DNA of 64,000 bases from a virus (IMGVR_UViG_3300031965_000020:3529-67528), one strand, 5' to 3'. Counted from the stretch's first letter, positions 53,953-63,678 are shown. A program made the numbers and translations. The notes: generated from the letters alone by a model not told the origin.

Positions 53953-55047
53953 TTACAGCACCAGCAAATAGACCAGCCCATTCGCCATGTAGCAGGTGAT
54001 CCGGCCGGAGGGATCGAGGTTGGCTTTCACCCGGTCATCGTAGGACGATCCACCACCATTCGCGATGAGCGGGGTCAGGCCACCGCCATCGAGCGCGACG
54101 AGGCTCAAATGGGTATTACCACTATGCAAGCATCGCCCGCCGCGCAGCGAGACGTAGCCCATGTTCCAAGTCGAGAAGAGCGGCCGCTTGGTCAGTGTCG
54201 GCAAATCCCAGAGGACGCACGCGCCGACCTGGTTGTCCTCGCCGACCATGATCGAGTCGCCGCAGTCCGAGTGCCCGACCGCGCCAGCCGCATCGGGGAT
54301 GATGCGCTCTTCTCCCGTGGCGACGGTGACAATCCGATTGTCCTCGTTCTCCTTGATCACGAGATAGGCGCCATCGCGGGTGACTTGCGACTCATCCAAG
54401 GCGCCCATCGCCGGAAAGAAGGTGGTATGTCCAGGCGCGATCAGGAGCGTACCGATGCGCTCGTACGGTCCATCCGACGTGATGCGCTCGACGGTCGCCG
54501 AGTGGACCAGCCCGTCATCGGACGAGTGCGCTTGCCAGAGCCGGCAGCCGGGATGCGACGTACTGATATCGACGAGGATCTCGCCTGCGTCATGGAGCGT
54601 GAATGGATTGATGCGACAGAGACGAGGCCCATCGCAGAGCGAGATGTGCCCGTTGCGGTCCCAGTACCAGCCCTCGGTCGTAGAAGCAGCGTACTTGATA
54701 CGCATTCCGAGCGGCGTCACACGGCCGTCCTGCAGATCGACTTGGAAGAACCTCGCGCGTCCATCGACGTGCCCGGCGAAGACAATCGCATAATCGCCCA
54801 TCGTCCAGGCATTCGCCCAGTAGCTGTACATGCGGGGATGAAACGGGCCGTCCTCGCGTTGCGTGACCTGGATGACTTTCACGGCGCCTGGGGGAATAGA
54901 CGGAGACGGACCAGTGGGGTTGCCGTGCGCCGCTTCGTAACTCCACAGATCCCACACCGCGACATCGCCGTCATAGACGACGAAGTTGTCGTCACCCTGA
55001 TCGACAGCCCGGATCTGGGGGTTGGCCGATGCGTGCAGTTCTCTCAT
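53953..55047 (-). CDS. Beta-propeller (TolB/WD40-like) protein
   Basis: Repeated blade motifs (SDDGLVHS, TRDGAYLV, DPSGRITCY); ATG 55047 overlaps upstream stop. Confidence 0.65.
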   Translation of the reverse strand: MRELHASANPQIRAVDQGDDNFVVYDGDVAVWDLWSYEAAHGNPTGPSPSIPPGAVKVIQVTQREDGPFHPRMYSYWANAWTMGDYAIVFAGHVDGRARFFQVDLQDGRVTPLGMRIKYAASTTEGWYWDRNGHISLCDGPRLCRINPFTLHDAGEILVDISTSHPGCRLWQAHSSDDGLVHSATVERITSDGPYERIGTLLIAPGHTTFFPAMGALDESQVTRDGAYLVIKENEDNRIVTVATGEERIIPDAAGAVGHSDCGDSIMVGEDNQVGACVLWDLPTLTKRPLFSTWNMGYVSLRGGRCLHSGNTHLSLVALDGGGLTPLIANGGGSSYDDRVKANLDPSGRITCYMANGLVYLLVL

Positions 55048-55250
55048 CAGAATCGCAGGTTGAACGACTCGCCACCTCCACCGACCACGCCAATCCAGCG
55101 CAGTAGGTACAGCACGAAAATCACCACCAGCAGCACGTGTAGCATCGTGACAATCGGCGCGGGGATGCCGAACGCGCCAGCGAGCTGGCCGATCGCCCAG
55201 AAGGCCAAGCCGAGCAGGATCAGCACGACGATGAGTCCGATGAGATCCAT
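55047..55250 (-). CDS. Small two-TM membrane protein
   Basis: MDLIGLIVVLILLGLAFWAI...LLVVIFVLYLL; AAGGAG SD. Confidence 0.75.
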   Translation of the reverse strand: MDLIGLIVVLILLGLAFWAIGQLAGAFGIPAPIVTMLHVLLVVIFVLYLLRWIGVVGGGGESFNLRF

Positions 55251-55410
55251 GTGGAGACTCCTTATTGAGGTAACGATACCTGGTGGCATCTGCTGGCATC
55301 TACGCCGACGTCACCGATACGCTGATGGTTCGTCCGTCTAAAATACATTGGGCCAGGGGAGTTAGGGAGTGGGCGCAGTTATCGCAACGGTTTCATCACA
55401 GAGGTTCAGT

Positions 55411-55560
55411 ATGCCTATGACAACGCCGAGACTATCATCACGGTACGACCCCGCGCCTGAATCACCAACGCGGCGCTGGCTTACGGACCTTGCGGTGTGG
55501 TTCATCGCGGCCCTGCTGGTCCTGTTAATTCCCGCGATGGTGTTCCTGGTGGTGCCGTAG
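55411..55560 (+). CDS. Possible antisense single-TM peptide
   Basis: GAGG SD; RRW then LAVWFIAALLVLLIPAMVFLVVP. Confidence 0.35.
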   Translation: MPMTTPRLSSRYDPAPESPTRRWLTDLAVWFIAALLVLLIPAMVFLVVP

Positions 55561-57916
55561 CCTGTTGCAGGGTCTGTGCGGTGGTCGTCGTAGGCTGGCC
55601 AGATGCTCGTGCCGTCAGTAAGTCGTTCTCCTGGCCGATGAGTACAGAGAGCCGCATACCGGCGGCGATGGCAAGCGGTCGATTGCCGACCGAGAGGCTG
55701 TGAAGAAACCGTCGTACGCTGGTAATGCCTTCGGGACGGGTGAGTACTCGTGAGAGGCTGTTGATGCTAGCGTACATGGCAGCTGCGGATGCTGGCGCGG
55801 CTGCTCCTCGCGTGAACGTGCCATATAACAAACCGCCCAGAATACTTGCATTGATACCAGCCGAGACAAGTCCACCAGCTACTCTATTTACATCCTGTGG
55901 CTTGACGATTTCGGCCAAGTGCGCGATTTCTTGTAGTCCCTTGACACCGTCCCTACCAAAGAGTGTTTCAGCTTTCTCCGGACCCATGCGTCGAAGTTCA
56001 GACATGATCTTCTGCCCAGACAAGCGTGGGTAGTTCTGCACGGCTGCTGTCGGCGAAATAGCGATCTGTGCTGCGGCTCCCGTGCCGCTCGGCACCGGCG
56101 CGTCCGTTGCCAACTCGAACATATCGCGCATGATACGTGCTTGCGCCGCCTTGAAAGTTGCCGGCTGGACAGCAGACCGCAGCAACGTCAATTCATCAAT
56201 ATCTGCTGCACGAATCAACGCGGGGATCGTCTCGGGTGACTCCTTGAGGATCTTCTCGATGAACGGGGCGTTGTAAACGGTTTTGGCTTCGTGCCAGAGC
56301 GCGTTGGCTTCACGCACAAAGTCTTCTAGGTTGGGAATTCCAGACTTCCTGGCGGCAGTCATCATAGCGTCATCGGCAGCCCCCGCAAGAAGTTTTGCTG
56401 CTCCGCCTGCTTTACCGGGAATTGGATCGCCGTGTGACCGCACAATAGCAAGGAGACTGCTTCGTGCATCCTGAAATGCACTAAATGTCATGGTCTTTGG
56501 CGACTTGATAATCTGTGTGAGGATGTCAACAGTCCGCGCGAGTTCCTGTGGTGGGATGAGTTTGCCTTCCTGGCGGATGCGCCGCAGCATAGGCAACGCG
56601 ACTGTCTTTAGTATACGCGTCTCGGGCTGAACGCCACCTACTTCAACCTTGCGAAGCGTCCGCTGCGGCACTGTTAGTGACTCACCAGACGGCCCGACAA
56701 TCCTTGAAGGAACCTGTTCGACATGCGCGACGCGCCGTGTCCGGCTCGCCGTCATATCATCGATCATGTCGTAGAGTTGGCCTGTGGCGAGCTTACGATC
56801 TTGGAGACTTTGCTCGATGCCTCGACGTACGATGAGTGCTGTATCAGTGTCACCTAGTGGTAGATGCGCGAACGATTGTGCGAGGCGCTCGCCCTCGGAC
56901 TGCAGCGCACGCTGTTGCCGCTCGCGAAAGGCCCGAAAGACACTCCGGCCGGCGACGGTGCGTTCAACGGTCTGCTCGATGAACTGCGAGACGCCACTGC
57001 CAGTACGTTCACTGCGAAGGAGTGGAACGGCCCCGGTAGGTTTCACCTCGCGGATGCCTCTCATTGTGGCAGGGAGTGCGAAAGTCGCAGCGGTGCCGAA
57101 CGCACGCCCCATTGCGCCTGCTGTATCACCAGACGCTTGCTGCGCCGCGATTTGCTCCCAGACAGGGCCGAGAAGCGGCACAGCCTTCAACATGGACTGG
57201 GTCCAGGCTTTTGCATCGCCAGCCTCTCGTGCAGCCGTAGCAGCTTTGAGGTTCGTGACAATCGGCTCTGTTATGCCTGTGCCCAACGCCTTCATCGTAC
57301 CCAAGGGGTCGTCCCACATACCACGGGCAAGTGCGATCACGCCTTCGATCGGTTCGCCGATAGCGGAGTTGCCAACCGCCTTGATAAAGCGTGGGACTGG
57401 TGAAGAGACCGGCGGACCAGCTCCCGCAATAAGACTGCCTGTTCGCCCACGAACTGGATCACCAGTTGGAGTACTAGAAGCCATCATACCGGCCGTTGCA
57501 GCAACAGGTAAGGAGGTGCCTTGTGTGACTGGTGCTGTGGCCGTTCCCTTGAACTTCTTCAGTCGCGCGAGGACGCTCGGCACGTAGGTCGTATTAGTCT
57601 TGACGCCGCCGTACTCACGAAGGACTAAGTCCAAGTTGCCTTCATGGCGATCCATCAGCTCACGCAGGTATCGCGCGCCACCATCGATGTTCTGCCGCGG
57701 GTCGTATGGGTCGATGCCTATCCCCTTAGCCGTAGATGGCAAGAACTGAAATGTGCCAATTGCCTGCTCCTCACCGGCCGGGGTCTTGACCTTCTTGGGG
57801 TTGATGAGCGTTGGGTTGAATCCAGACTCCTGCTCGGCGACGGCAAGCGCAAGTTCGGCGGGTACGCCATGCTTCGTCGCAGCTTGGCGAATGAGATCTT
57901 GGACAGTATCAGGCAT
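55502..57916 (-). CDS. Internal virion (ejection) protein with N-terminal SLT lytic transglycosylase
   Basis: AVAEQESGFNP, AIGTFQFLPST, QNIDGGARYL. Confidence 0.85.
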   Translation of the reverse strand: MPDTVQDLIRQAATKHGVPAELALAVAEQESGFNPTLINPKKVKTPAGEEQAIGTFQFLPSTAKGIGIDPYDPRQNIDGGARYLRELMDRHEGNLDLVLREYGGVKTNTTYVPSVLARLKKFKGTATAPVTQGTSLPVAATAGMMASSTPTGDPVRGRTGSLIAGAGPPVSSPVPRFIKAVGNSAIGEPIEGVIALARGMWDDPLGTMKALGTGITEPIVTNLKAATAAREAGDAKAWTQSMLKAVPLLGPVWEQIAAQQASGDTAGAMGRAFGTAATFALPATMRGIREVKPTGAVPLLRSERTGSGVSQFIEQTVERTVAGRSVFRAFRERQQRALQSEGERLAQSFAHLPLGDTDTALIVRRGIEQSLQDRKLATGQLYDMIDDMTASRTRRVAHVEQVPSRIVGPSGESLTVPQRTLRKVEVGGVQPETRILKTVALPMLRRIRQEGKLIPPQELARTVDILTQIIKSPKTMTFSAFQDARSSLLAIVRSHGDPIPGKAGGAAKLLAGAADDAMMTAARKSGIPNLEDFVREANALWHEAKTVYNAPFIEKILKESPETIPALIRAADIDELTLLRSAVQPATFKAAQARIMRDMFELATDAPVPSGTGAAAQIAISPTAAVQNYPRLSGQKIMSELRRMGPEKAETLFGRDGVKGLQEIAHLAEIVKPQDVNRVAGGLVSAGINASILGGLLYGTFTRGAAAPASAAAMYASINSLSRVLTRPEGITSVRRFLHSLSVGNRPLAIAAGMRLSVLIGQENDLLTARASGQPTTTTAQTLQQATAPPGTPSRELTGPAGPR

Positions 57917-57930
57917 GAAAGGTGTAACGC

Positions 57931-59442
57931 CTACGGGATAACCCAGTTACCTTGAGCGTCTTGGTAGGGCTTGCCAGGAGTCATTGGAGGAGGCGTAGCC
58001 GTCCCTGTGCCTGCGCCATTGCGCTGCTGCTCCAGCCGATCTGCCGCTGCGGCTACGCCAAACACCCGCGCAGGATCCAGCCCAAAGCTCGTGGCCGTCT
58101 CGCTGATGCGTTGACGCTCTAGTGTGTTCCAGTTCTCCAGCCCAGCGACGAACTGCCGCGCTGTTTCGACCATGCCTTTGAGGACGGCTGGAGGAATCTC
58201 TCCACCACCCGTGCCGTATCGCTGATAGAAGGCTTCCATGCGCTGAAGGAGCGATAGCCCGGTGCCCTGCCGCGCGTACTCACCTTCGCGCACGACTGAT
58301 GTCGGGTCGAGAATCTTCTCGTAGGTGACGCGGACAGCTTCTGAGCCACCGACACGATCAGGCCCGGCCGGGTCCGGCGTCCCGTCAGCCTGCAATCCTT
58401 CAAACCGGCGCATGCCGATGTCCATGATCTGCAATTGCCGCTGCATCTCGCGCTGTGGGGCTTCGGCGCGGCGCCAGTCGTCCTGCAATGCCATCGTCGC
58501 GGTAAAACGCTGTTGTGGCGTGAGGGGGACGTCTGCGTTAGCCGCGCCGCGCGCTGTCGTTGTTTGCCCAGCGGCTTCTGCTTGCAGTGCAATGGCGCGT
58601 TCGTTGATCTGGCGCATCTGCACCGGGTCGCGAACTTGCGAGGCCCTACCGAAGCCAAGTTCGATAGACGCCCGCTCAGCGTACTGCCCAAGAGACATCG
58701 GATCAGTTTGCTCGGCGGCTTCGGTACGCCACTGTGCGATTTGCTCAGTGGTAACAGGTTGCCCGGCCGCCTGCGCCTCTTGGATCTTGCGCATGACGTA
58801 GTCGCCAGCTGAGCCGATCTGCGGGACGGAGCCAAACTGCGACGCGGCGAGGGGTGGCCGTGTGCCGTACAGCGAATAGTCCTGCAGCGCAGTACCAGAC
58901 AAGCCTTGCGTACCGCCAACTTTGTTACGCGCATTGACTTCAGCTTGTAGTTGCGCGGCTTCAAGCTGCGAGATACGCGCGGCGCGCTCTTCAGGAGTGG
59001 GCAGTTCGACGCCGAACAGGGTCTTACGTGCCGGCTGCAAGGCTCCCTGCCCCGGCTGCGCGCGATTCGGGAGCATGGGCTGTGCAGCAGGGTTGCCCGC
59101 AGCAAGTGCCGAGTCCTGCTCCTGCTCCATCATGGTGCGATCTTGCGGGGCCTGTTGTGATCCCTTGCCGAGCAATGCCGGTCCCAGCGCACGGAAACCC
59201 GATCCCTTCGGTGGAATCTTCATCCCAAAGTGCTCCGCGTAGAGTCCTTCGACCGGACTGGGATCGCCTGTCTCCTCCCAGATACGCATGTAGACTGGGA
59301 GCTTGGATTGAAATTCGCGGTCCTTCTTGGCTTGGTCCTCTCGCCGGAGTTGGTCCTGGCGCTCGCGGTTCAGCAGTAACGCATTGGCGAGGCCCTTACC
59401 GAAGCCTCCGAATCCAGATGCGATGCTTGCGCCGCCGGCCAT
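57931..59442 (-). CDS. Internal virion (ejection) protein
   Basis: 503 aa, A/Q/G-rich helical; KILDPTSVVREGEY; synteny. Confidence 0.7.
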   Translation of the reverse strand: MAGGASIASGFGGFGKGLANALLLNRERQDQLRREDQAKKDREFQSKLPVYMRIWEETGDPSPVEGLYAEHFGMKIPPKGSGFRALGPALLGKGSQQAPQDRTMMEQEQDSALAAGNPAAQPMLPNRAQPGQGALQPARKTLFGVELPTPEERAARISQLEAAQLQAEVNARNKVGGTQGLSGTALQDYSLYGTRPPLAASQFGSVPQIGSAGDYVMRKIQEAQAAGQPVTTEQIAQWRTEAAEQTDPMSLGQYAERASIELGFGRASQVRDPVQMRQINERAIALQAEAAGQTTTARGAANADVPLTPQQRFTATMALQDDWRRAEAPQREMQRQLQIMDIGMRRFEGLQADGTPDPAGPDRVGGSEAVRVTYEKILDPTSVVREGEYARQGTGLSLLQRMEAFYQRYGTGGGEIPPAVLKGMVETARQFVAGLENWNTLERQRISETATSFGLDPARVFGVAAAADRLEQQRNGAGTGTATPPPMTPGKPYQDAQGNWVIP

Positions 59443-60194
59443 TACGTAGAAGCTCCCGTAGAAGCTCCCTTAGGTCCCCACGGCCCACCCTCGCGTGTCA
59501 TCCAAAGACCAAAGAGATTGCCCGCGGTTTCCGCAGCGGACCCGACAGCTTGCATGTTCTGTCCGCGCTTCTCTATGTTCAACCCTTCACGGGCGAGAAT
59601 CGCGCGAATCACCGTGTCAATGTCGGCTGAGGCGAGTTGCTGCGCACTTAGCCCTAAGCCGGATAGCTGAATGCCCAACCCGCCTGCCAGCCCCATCGCG
59701 TCGTTCTTTGCGCTTGACGTGATATCCGCCAGCGACTCGGCCTGCGCGAATCGTGAATCGGCGAGCGCCGAGGTCGTCCCTCCGCCCCTCGGGCCGAACT
59801 GGCTGATGGCGCGTCGGGCTGTGTCGTACTGGTCGATGACGCGGCCACGTTCCTGTCGAGTCGCGTCCATGAGCGCGCCGGGGTTTTCGCCCAGTAGCGC
59901 CTGCATGCGCTGCAGCAATGGGCCGAGCGCGTCCTGGCCTTGACTGGTGAATTGATCACCTTGCTGCCGGAGATTCTGGCTGGACTGGCCGAGTTGGTTC
60001 AACCAAGGCGACTCGGGCTGGTCGCCATCGTCGCCTCCACCGCCACCTCCGCCGCCACTCTTATTCGTCGCTGTCTTGCTTGCAGCGCCGACCGTTGCGC
60101 TATAGGCGTAGGGGAGGGTTGCACCACCAGTGAATGGCGCAGCAGCATAGGCGAGCCCTGGCACGATCCAGTCCTTCCAGTTAAATCCTGCCAT
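59442..60194 (-). CDS. Internal virion (ejection) protein
   Basis: 250 aa, G/A/Q-rich; AAPFTGGA; coupled to next gene. Confidence 0.7.
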   Translation of the reverse strand: MAGFNWKDWIVPGLAYAAAPFTGGATLPYAYSATVGAASKTATNKSGGGGGGGGDDGDQPESPWLNQLGQSSQNLRQQGDQFTSQGQDALGPLLQRMQALLGENPGALMDATRQERGRVIDQYDTARRAISQFGPRGGGTTSALADSRFAQAESLADITSSAKNDAMGLAGGLGIQLSGLGLSAQQLASADIDTVIRAILAREGLNIEKRGQNMQAVGSAAETAGNLFGLWMTREGGPWGPKGASTGAST

Positions 60195-60216
60195 GTCGCC
60201 TACCCTCCCAGTCGCG

Positions 60217-61005
60217 CTATTCTACGCCGATTCGGGCCAGCCCGGCTAACACCTCGTCGACGGTAATCGACTGCATGATCTCGGCACAGTGCTGACAGGG
60301 CAAATAGCACCCACAGGGCGGCTGATGCACCCCGACGGCTACCTGGGTCGGATACCCGCCCAGGACGTCAAATGCCATGCAGCCGCCCCAAATGGCTACC
60401 GACGGGATGCTAAGTGCCGCCGCCGCGTGCAACATGCCGGATTCGCCGCGCACATAGCCGCTGGCGCTGGCTAGTAGCCCGCAGGCGGCCCGAAAGGTTC
60501 CTGTCTCGAAGGCTTGTACGCCGGGTACGATCGATGGACCACCGGGCCACGTATGCTGGACCCACGTCAGATGGGGGCGAGCGGCGACCAGTTGCTCCCA
60601 GTGCTCGAACGGCCAGCGCAGGTTCTGGTGTCTGGAGCCGGGGTCGATCAACACATACGGCCCAAGTTCCTGGCGCAGCAGCCGCCCCAGACTCAACTCC
60701 TCCTCGGTGAGATGAATCCTGGCGACATGGTCGCGGGCGTGGAACGTGTAGTCAAACGTCCAGCCGGACTCGGCGGTGAATGGATACTTGATATACGGCC
60801 GGCAGTGCGGCCCGTTGGTGATGGCACGGACCGGCTCGCCAGCCGCGATCTCCGAAGGCCGTGCGATGACCGGGTTGCCCGCCCAGATGTCGTGCCATCT
60901 CGATTGCTTATGGCGATCGAAGATACCAATGCGCGGCGCAGATGGGTCCGCGTCCCAGAGACGCTGGGCCTGACCAGCAGCTAGAATCTCGTCCCCGCAG
61001 CCCGT
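60217..61005 (-). CDS. GT9-like glycosyltransferase, copy 2, apparent ACG start
   Basis: Frame open 309 nt upstream of track start; AGGAGG-8 nt-ACG-GGC-TGC-GGG-GAC gives (M)GCGDEILAAG, matching MGFGDILMAAG of copy 1; ESGMLHAAAAL. Confidence 0.75.
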   Translation of the reverse strand, partial: TGCGDEILAAGQAQRLWDADPSAPRIGIFDRHKQSRWHDIWAGNPVIARPSEIAAGEPVRAITNGPHCRPYIKYPFTAESGWTFDYTFHARDHVARIHLTEEELSLGRLLRQELGPYVLIDPGSRHQNLRWPFEHWEQLVAARPHLTWVQHTWPGGPSIVPGVQAFETGTFRAACGLLASASGYVRGESGMLHAAAALSIPSVAIWGGCMAFDVLGGYPTQVAVGVHQPPCGCYLPCQHCAEIMQSITVDEVLAGLARIGVE

Positions 61006-61049
61006 ACGCCTACCCTCCTATTTAGCTAGCCAGCTATCTAGCTCGCCAG

Positions 61050-61811
61050 CTACCCTGCGTGGTCCAGCTGCCGCGCTAGACGCCCGATTCGATAGCCCGC
61101 GTGCATCGCCATGGCGTACCACTCATCGCTGTAGGGATCGTGCGCGTGTGCGGCCAATAGCGGTACGCCGAGCGTGAAGTGAACAATCGCCGGGTTGTCC
61201 AGCGGCTCGTTGACGTTCACCAGGTAGTTCCACTTCGGGTCGAGCGCGCCGATTTCAGCGTCCTGCAGCCAGCAGAACCGGTGGAGATCGCGGCCTGGCA
61301 GGCTGTTCAGCGTGTGCAGATCCAGTTGACGATTCGCCGGGTGGCCGCAATTGAACAGCATGACACTCGACCAGTTCTTGCGCGGGTAGGCGAGTTGCGC
61401 GGCCCCGTCCTTCTTCGCGCCTTCAGCGAGTAGAGGTGGGTGCTGGACGCAGTGCAACGCGATAGCCGGGTCAGCGTACGCCAGTAGTACATCGAGATTC
61501 GCCTGGCAGAGCACGTCACCGTCCATGAAAATAGCCCATCCTGTGTAGTCGCACAGCCACGGCACAAAGAATCGGGCAATCGCATGATCGGTGGACATCG
61601 GTGCGTCGCTGATATCGTCCCAGAGCCGACCAGTGCCCGGCTGACAACTCGTTGGACGCGTGTAGTGCGCACCAAGCGACAGGCGCGAAATCCGGTGAAC
61701 ATCGGCGTTTGGCGTACGGCGAATGATCGACTCGCGTGCGACACAGCAGGCCACGATCTCATTCGCATCGAAGCCGAGATAGACCCTAGTTGGTATATCG
61801 CTAGTTGACAT
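61050..61811 (-). CDS. GT8-like (GT-A fold) glycosyltransferase
   Basis: VYLGFD, STDHAIARFFVP, IFMDGD (DxD), YPRKNWSSVMLFN, WNYLV, VHFTLG. Confidence 0.88.
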   Translation of the reverse strand: MSTSDIPTRVYLGFDANEIVACCVARESIIRRTPNADVHRISRLSLGAHYTRPTSCQPGTGRLWDDISDAPMSTDHAIARFFVPWLCDYTGWAIFMDGDVLCQANLDVLLAYADPAIALHCVQHPPLLAEGAKKDGAAQLAYPRKNWSSVMLFNCGHPANRQLDLHTLNSLPGRDLHRFCWLQDAEIGALDPKWNYLVNVNEPLDNPAIVHFTLGVPLLAAHAHDPYSDEWYAMAMHAGYRIGRLARQLDHAG

Positions 61812-62664
61812 GCAGCGCCTTCCACGCAAGGCCGGTGGCGATTTCCTGCAGCGTCCACTGGTGCTCGGCCAAGCACCAGAGGAATCGATCGCGTGCCTGC
61901 AGGTCTGGATAATACGGCGTTTCGATCTCAGCGAGTAAAGACTTTCCCATAGCGGCGGTGGACGCCCAGGGCGCGGTGACGAATACCGGTACACCTGCGA
62001 CCAGCGCCTCAACCGCCGCGTTGCTGGAAAAGACCACCACCGCCCACGCATCGTGCAGGTCGAGATATAACGGCCGTCGTGCGGCAGTCGCCTTGTGACG
62101 TACGACGATCGGCCGGTCGGAGACACGAGCGACCTGTCGCACGACGTTCAGCACCCATTCATGGGCATCGACGCCGAATCGGGCCATGTAAATAGTCGAG
62201 TTCGGACAGATGACAATCGACGTGCCGAGTCGGTTCCAGTCCGCTGATGGCGTGACGTCGAGTGCCTGAAGCCGGTCAGGTGTCGCACGCGCCAATGCAG
62301 AAGCCGTCGGCTGGTACTGCACAGCGTTCCGCGCAATGCGGTAGTACTTGCCTCGGCGCCAGTACGCATGATCGCCGTAGTAGTACGGACGCTCGGCGGC
62401 AATCGCCTTGTCAAGTAGCGGCCACGTCGCCGGTGTCGCGAACGTCGCAACGCCACCGGGGAGCAGGTGGCTGTGCGCGGTGACGCCGCTGATGATCCCT
62501 CCGCATCCCTGCGCGAACGCTTTGGCGAATTTAGGACTGGTCGTCTCGTTCGCGACCGCGTACGTGACCGGAGGTGGGACATCGACGGGGCGATGGACTG
62601 GCCGCACAGCGGCAACAGCGGCAACAGCGGCAACAGCCTGTCGCGGGAACTTGTCGCGTATCAA
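61801..62664 (-). CDS. GT-B fold glycosyltransferase-like protein (capsule biosynthesis-like)
   Basis: YYYGDHAYW, IVICPNS, RPIVVRHK, VVVFSSNAAVEALVAGVPVF; TTG start overlaps upstream TGA. Confidence 0.7.
   Translation of the reverse strand: MIRDKFPRQAVAAVAAVAAVRPVHRPVDVPPPVTYAVANETTSPKFAKAFAQGCGGIISGVTAHSHLLPGGVATFATPATWPLLDKAIAAERPYYYGDHAYWRRGKYYRIARNAVQYQPTASALARATPDRLQALDVTPSADWNRLGTSIVICPNSTIYMARFGVDAHEWVLNVVRQVARVSDRPIVVRHKATAARRPLYLDLHDAWAVVVFSSNAAVEALVAGVPVFVTAPWASTAAMGKSLLAEIETPYYPDLQARDRFLWCLAEHQWTLQEIATGLAWKALHVN
62606..62637. repeat. 9-bp tandem repeat, 3.5 copies, encoding AVAAVAAVAAV
   Basis: ACAGCGGCA x3 plus ACAGC. Confidence 0.85.
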
Positions 62665-63287
62665 TGCACGGTCTCGGTGAGGAACTGTCGGGGGAATACC
62701 GTAATCGCCGTCGAGCGGCTGGCGTTGATGATGGAGAGTTGTGGGTACCGCGCGGCTGCCGCTGCCAACGTCGCGTACGCGGGCAACCGTGCACGATAGT
62801 TCACATGCCGCTCGTTGGGATGATCCTCGTGCCAGTGATGTTGGCCGTTCGGTCCTGGCTGCATGTCGTAGCCGAGCAGGAGAATCGTCCCGTGCCAGTC
62901 GATCAAATGACAGGCGAGATTGATCGCTTGGTAGCCTGAGTGCCCGCCAGAGGCCAGCGCATCCGGCGACCGGCACAGGCCGTCATTCGCGCCGCGTTTG
63001 AGGCAGACGAGCTTCGGGCGATATTCAACGGCAAGCGGATCCATCCCAAAGAGGTACGGAGGTAGCTGTTCGTCGGTAATTCCCTCTTCGGCCTGCCATT
63101 GCCACCAGTCCCGATCCGCGGCGTAGAGCACGTCTGCCCAGGGTACACGCTGCCACGCGTTGTTGACAGCGATGGTAGGGATCTGCTCGAGTTGCAAGGC
63201 GGCCAGGTCGCTGTCCAGCAGGCTCGGTCCCCCAGCTACGCACGCGACCATCTGACCGGGCCAGAGGCGGGGGACCGTCGTGCCCAT
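62661..63287 (-). CDS. Maf/DUF115 (MptE-like) family putative sugar transferase
   Basis: CVAGGPSL, IAVNNAW, GGHSGYQAINLA, ILLLGYDM, IINAS. Confidence 0.75.
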   Translation of the reverse strand: MGTTVPRLWPGQMVACVAGGPSLLDSDLAALQLEQIPTIAVNNAWQRVPWADVLYAADRDWWQWQAEEGITDEQLPPYLFGMDPLAVEYRPKLVCLKRGANDGLCRSPDALASGGHSGYQAINLACHLIDWHGTILLLGYDMQPGPNGQHHWHEDHPNERHVNYRARLPAYATLAAAAARYPQLSIINASRSTAITVFPRQFLTETVH

Positions 63288-63292
63288 TGCGT

Positions 63293-63628
63293 CTAGCCCT
63301 GCGTATAGCTCACGAGGCAGGTGTCATCCGCGTCGTCGGCGTCGATGTAGTAGTCGGCGACGTTGAGCCCGGCAGGCAGCGTCGGCAGGCTCGGTTCAAA
63401 GGTGGGGATGGATTCACTCGCTGGCGTGCCGATGAAGCCCACGACGCCGACGCCAGTCGTCTTGTCCATGTTGACTGTGCCGACATACATCACACCGCTG
63501 TTGTCCGACTTGGCCTGAAAATAGATGGTCTGCGCGCCAACGCGCGCGGTAGGGTCGGCGGCGTTCACCGTGGCGCGTACGGGTGTGCCGGGGGTGGGGA
63601 CGGCGACGTACCCAAGGCTGCTGAGCAT
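63293..63628 (-). CDS. Small beta-rich virion protein
   Basis: 111 aa; AAGGAG SD. Confidence 0.65.
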   Translation of the reverse strand: MLSSLGYVAVPTPGTPVRATVNAADPTARVGAQTIYFQAKSDNSGVMYVGTVNMDKTTGVGVVGFIGTPASESIPTFEPSLPTLPAGLNVADYYIDADDADDTCLVSYTQG

Positions 63629-63678
63629 ATGTACCTACTCCTTGGCTGGATAGTCTACTCGCTTCTGTCGCTTCTAGC

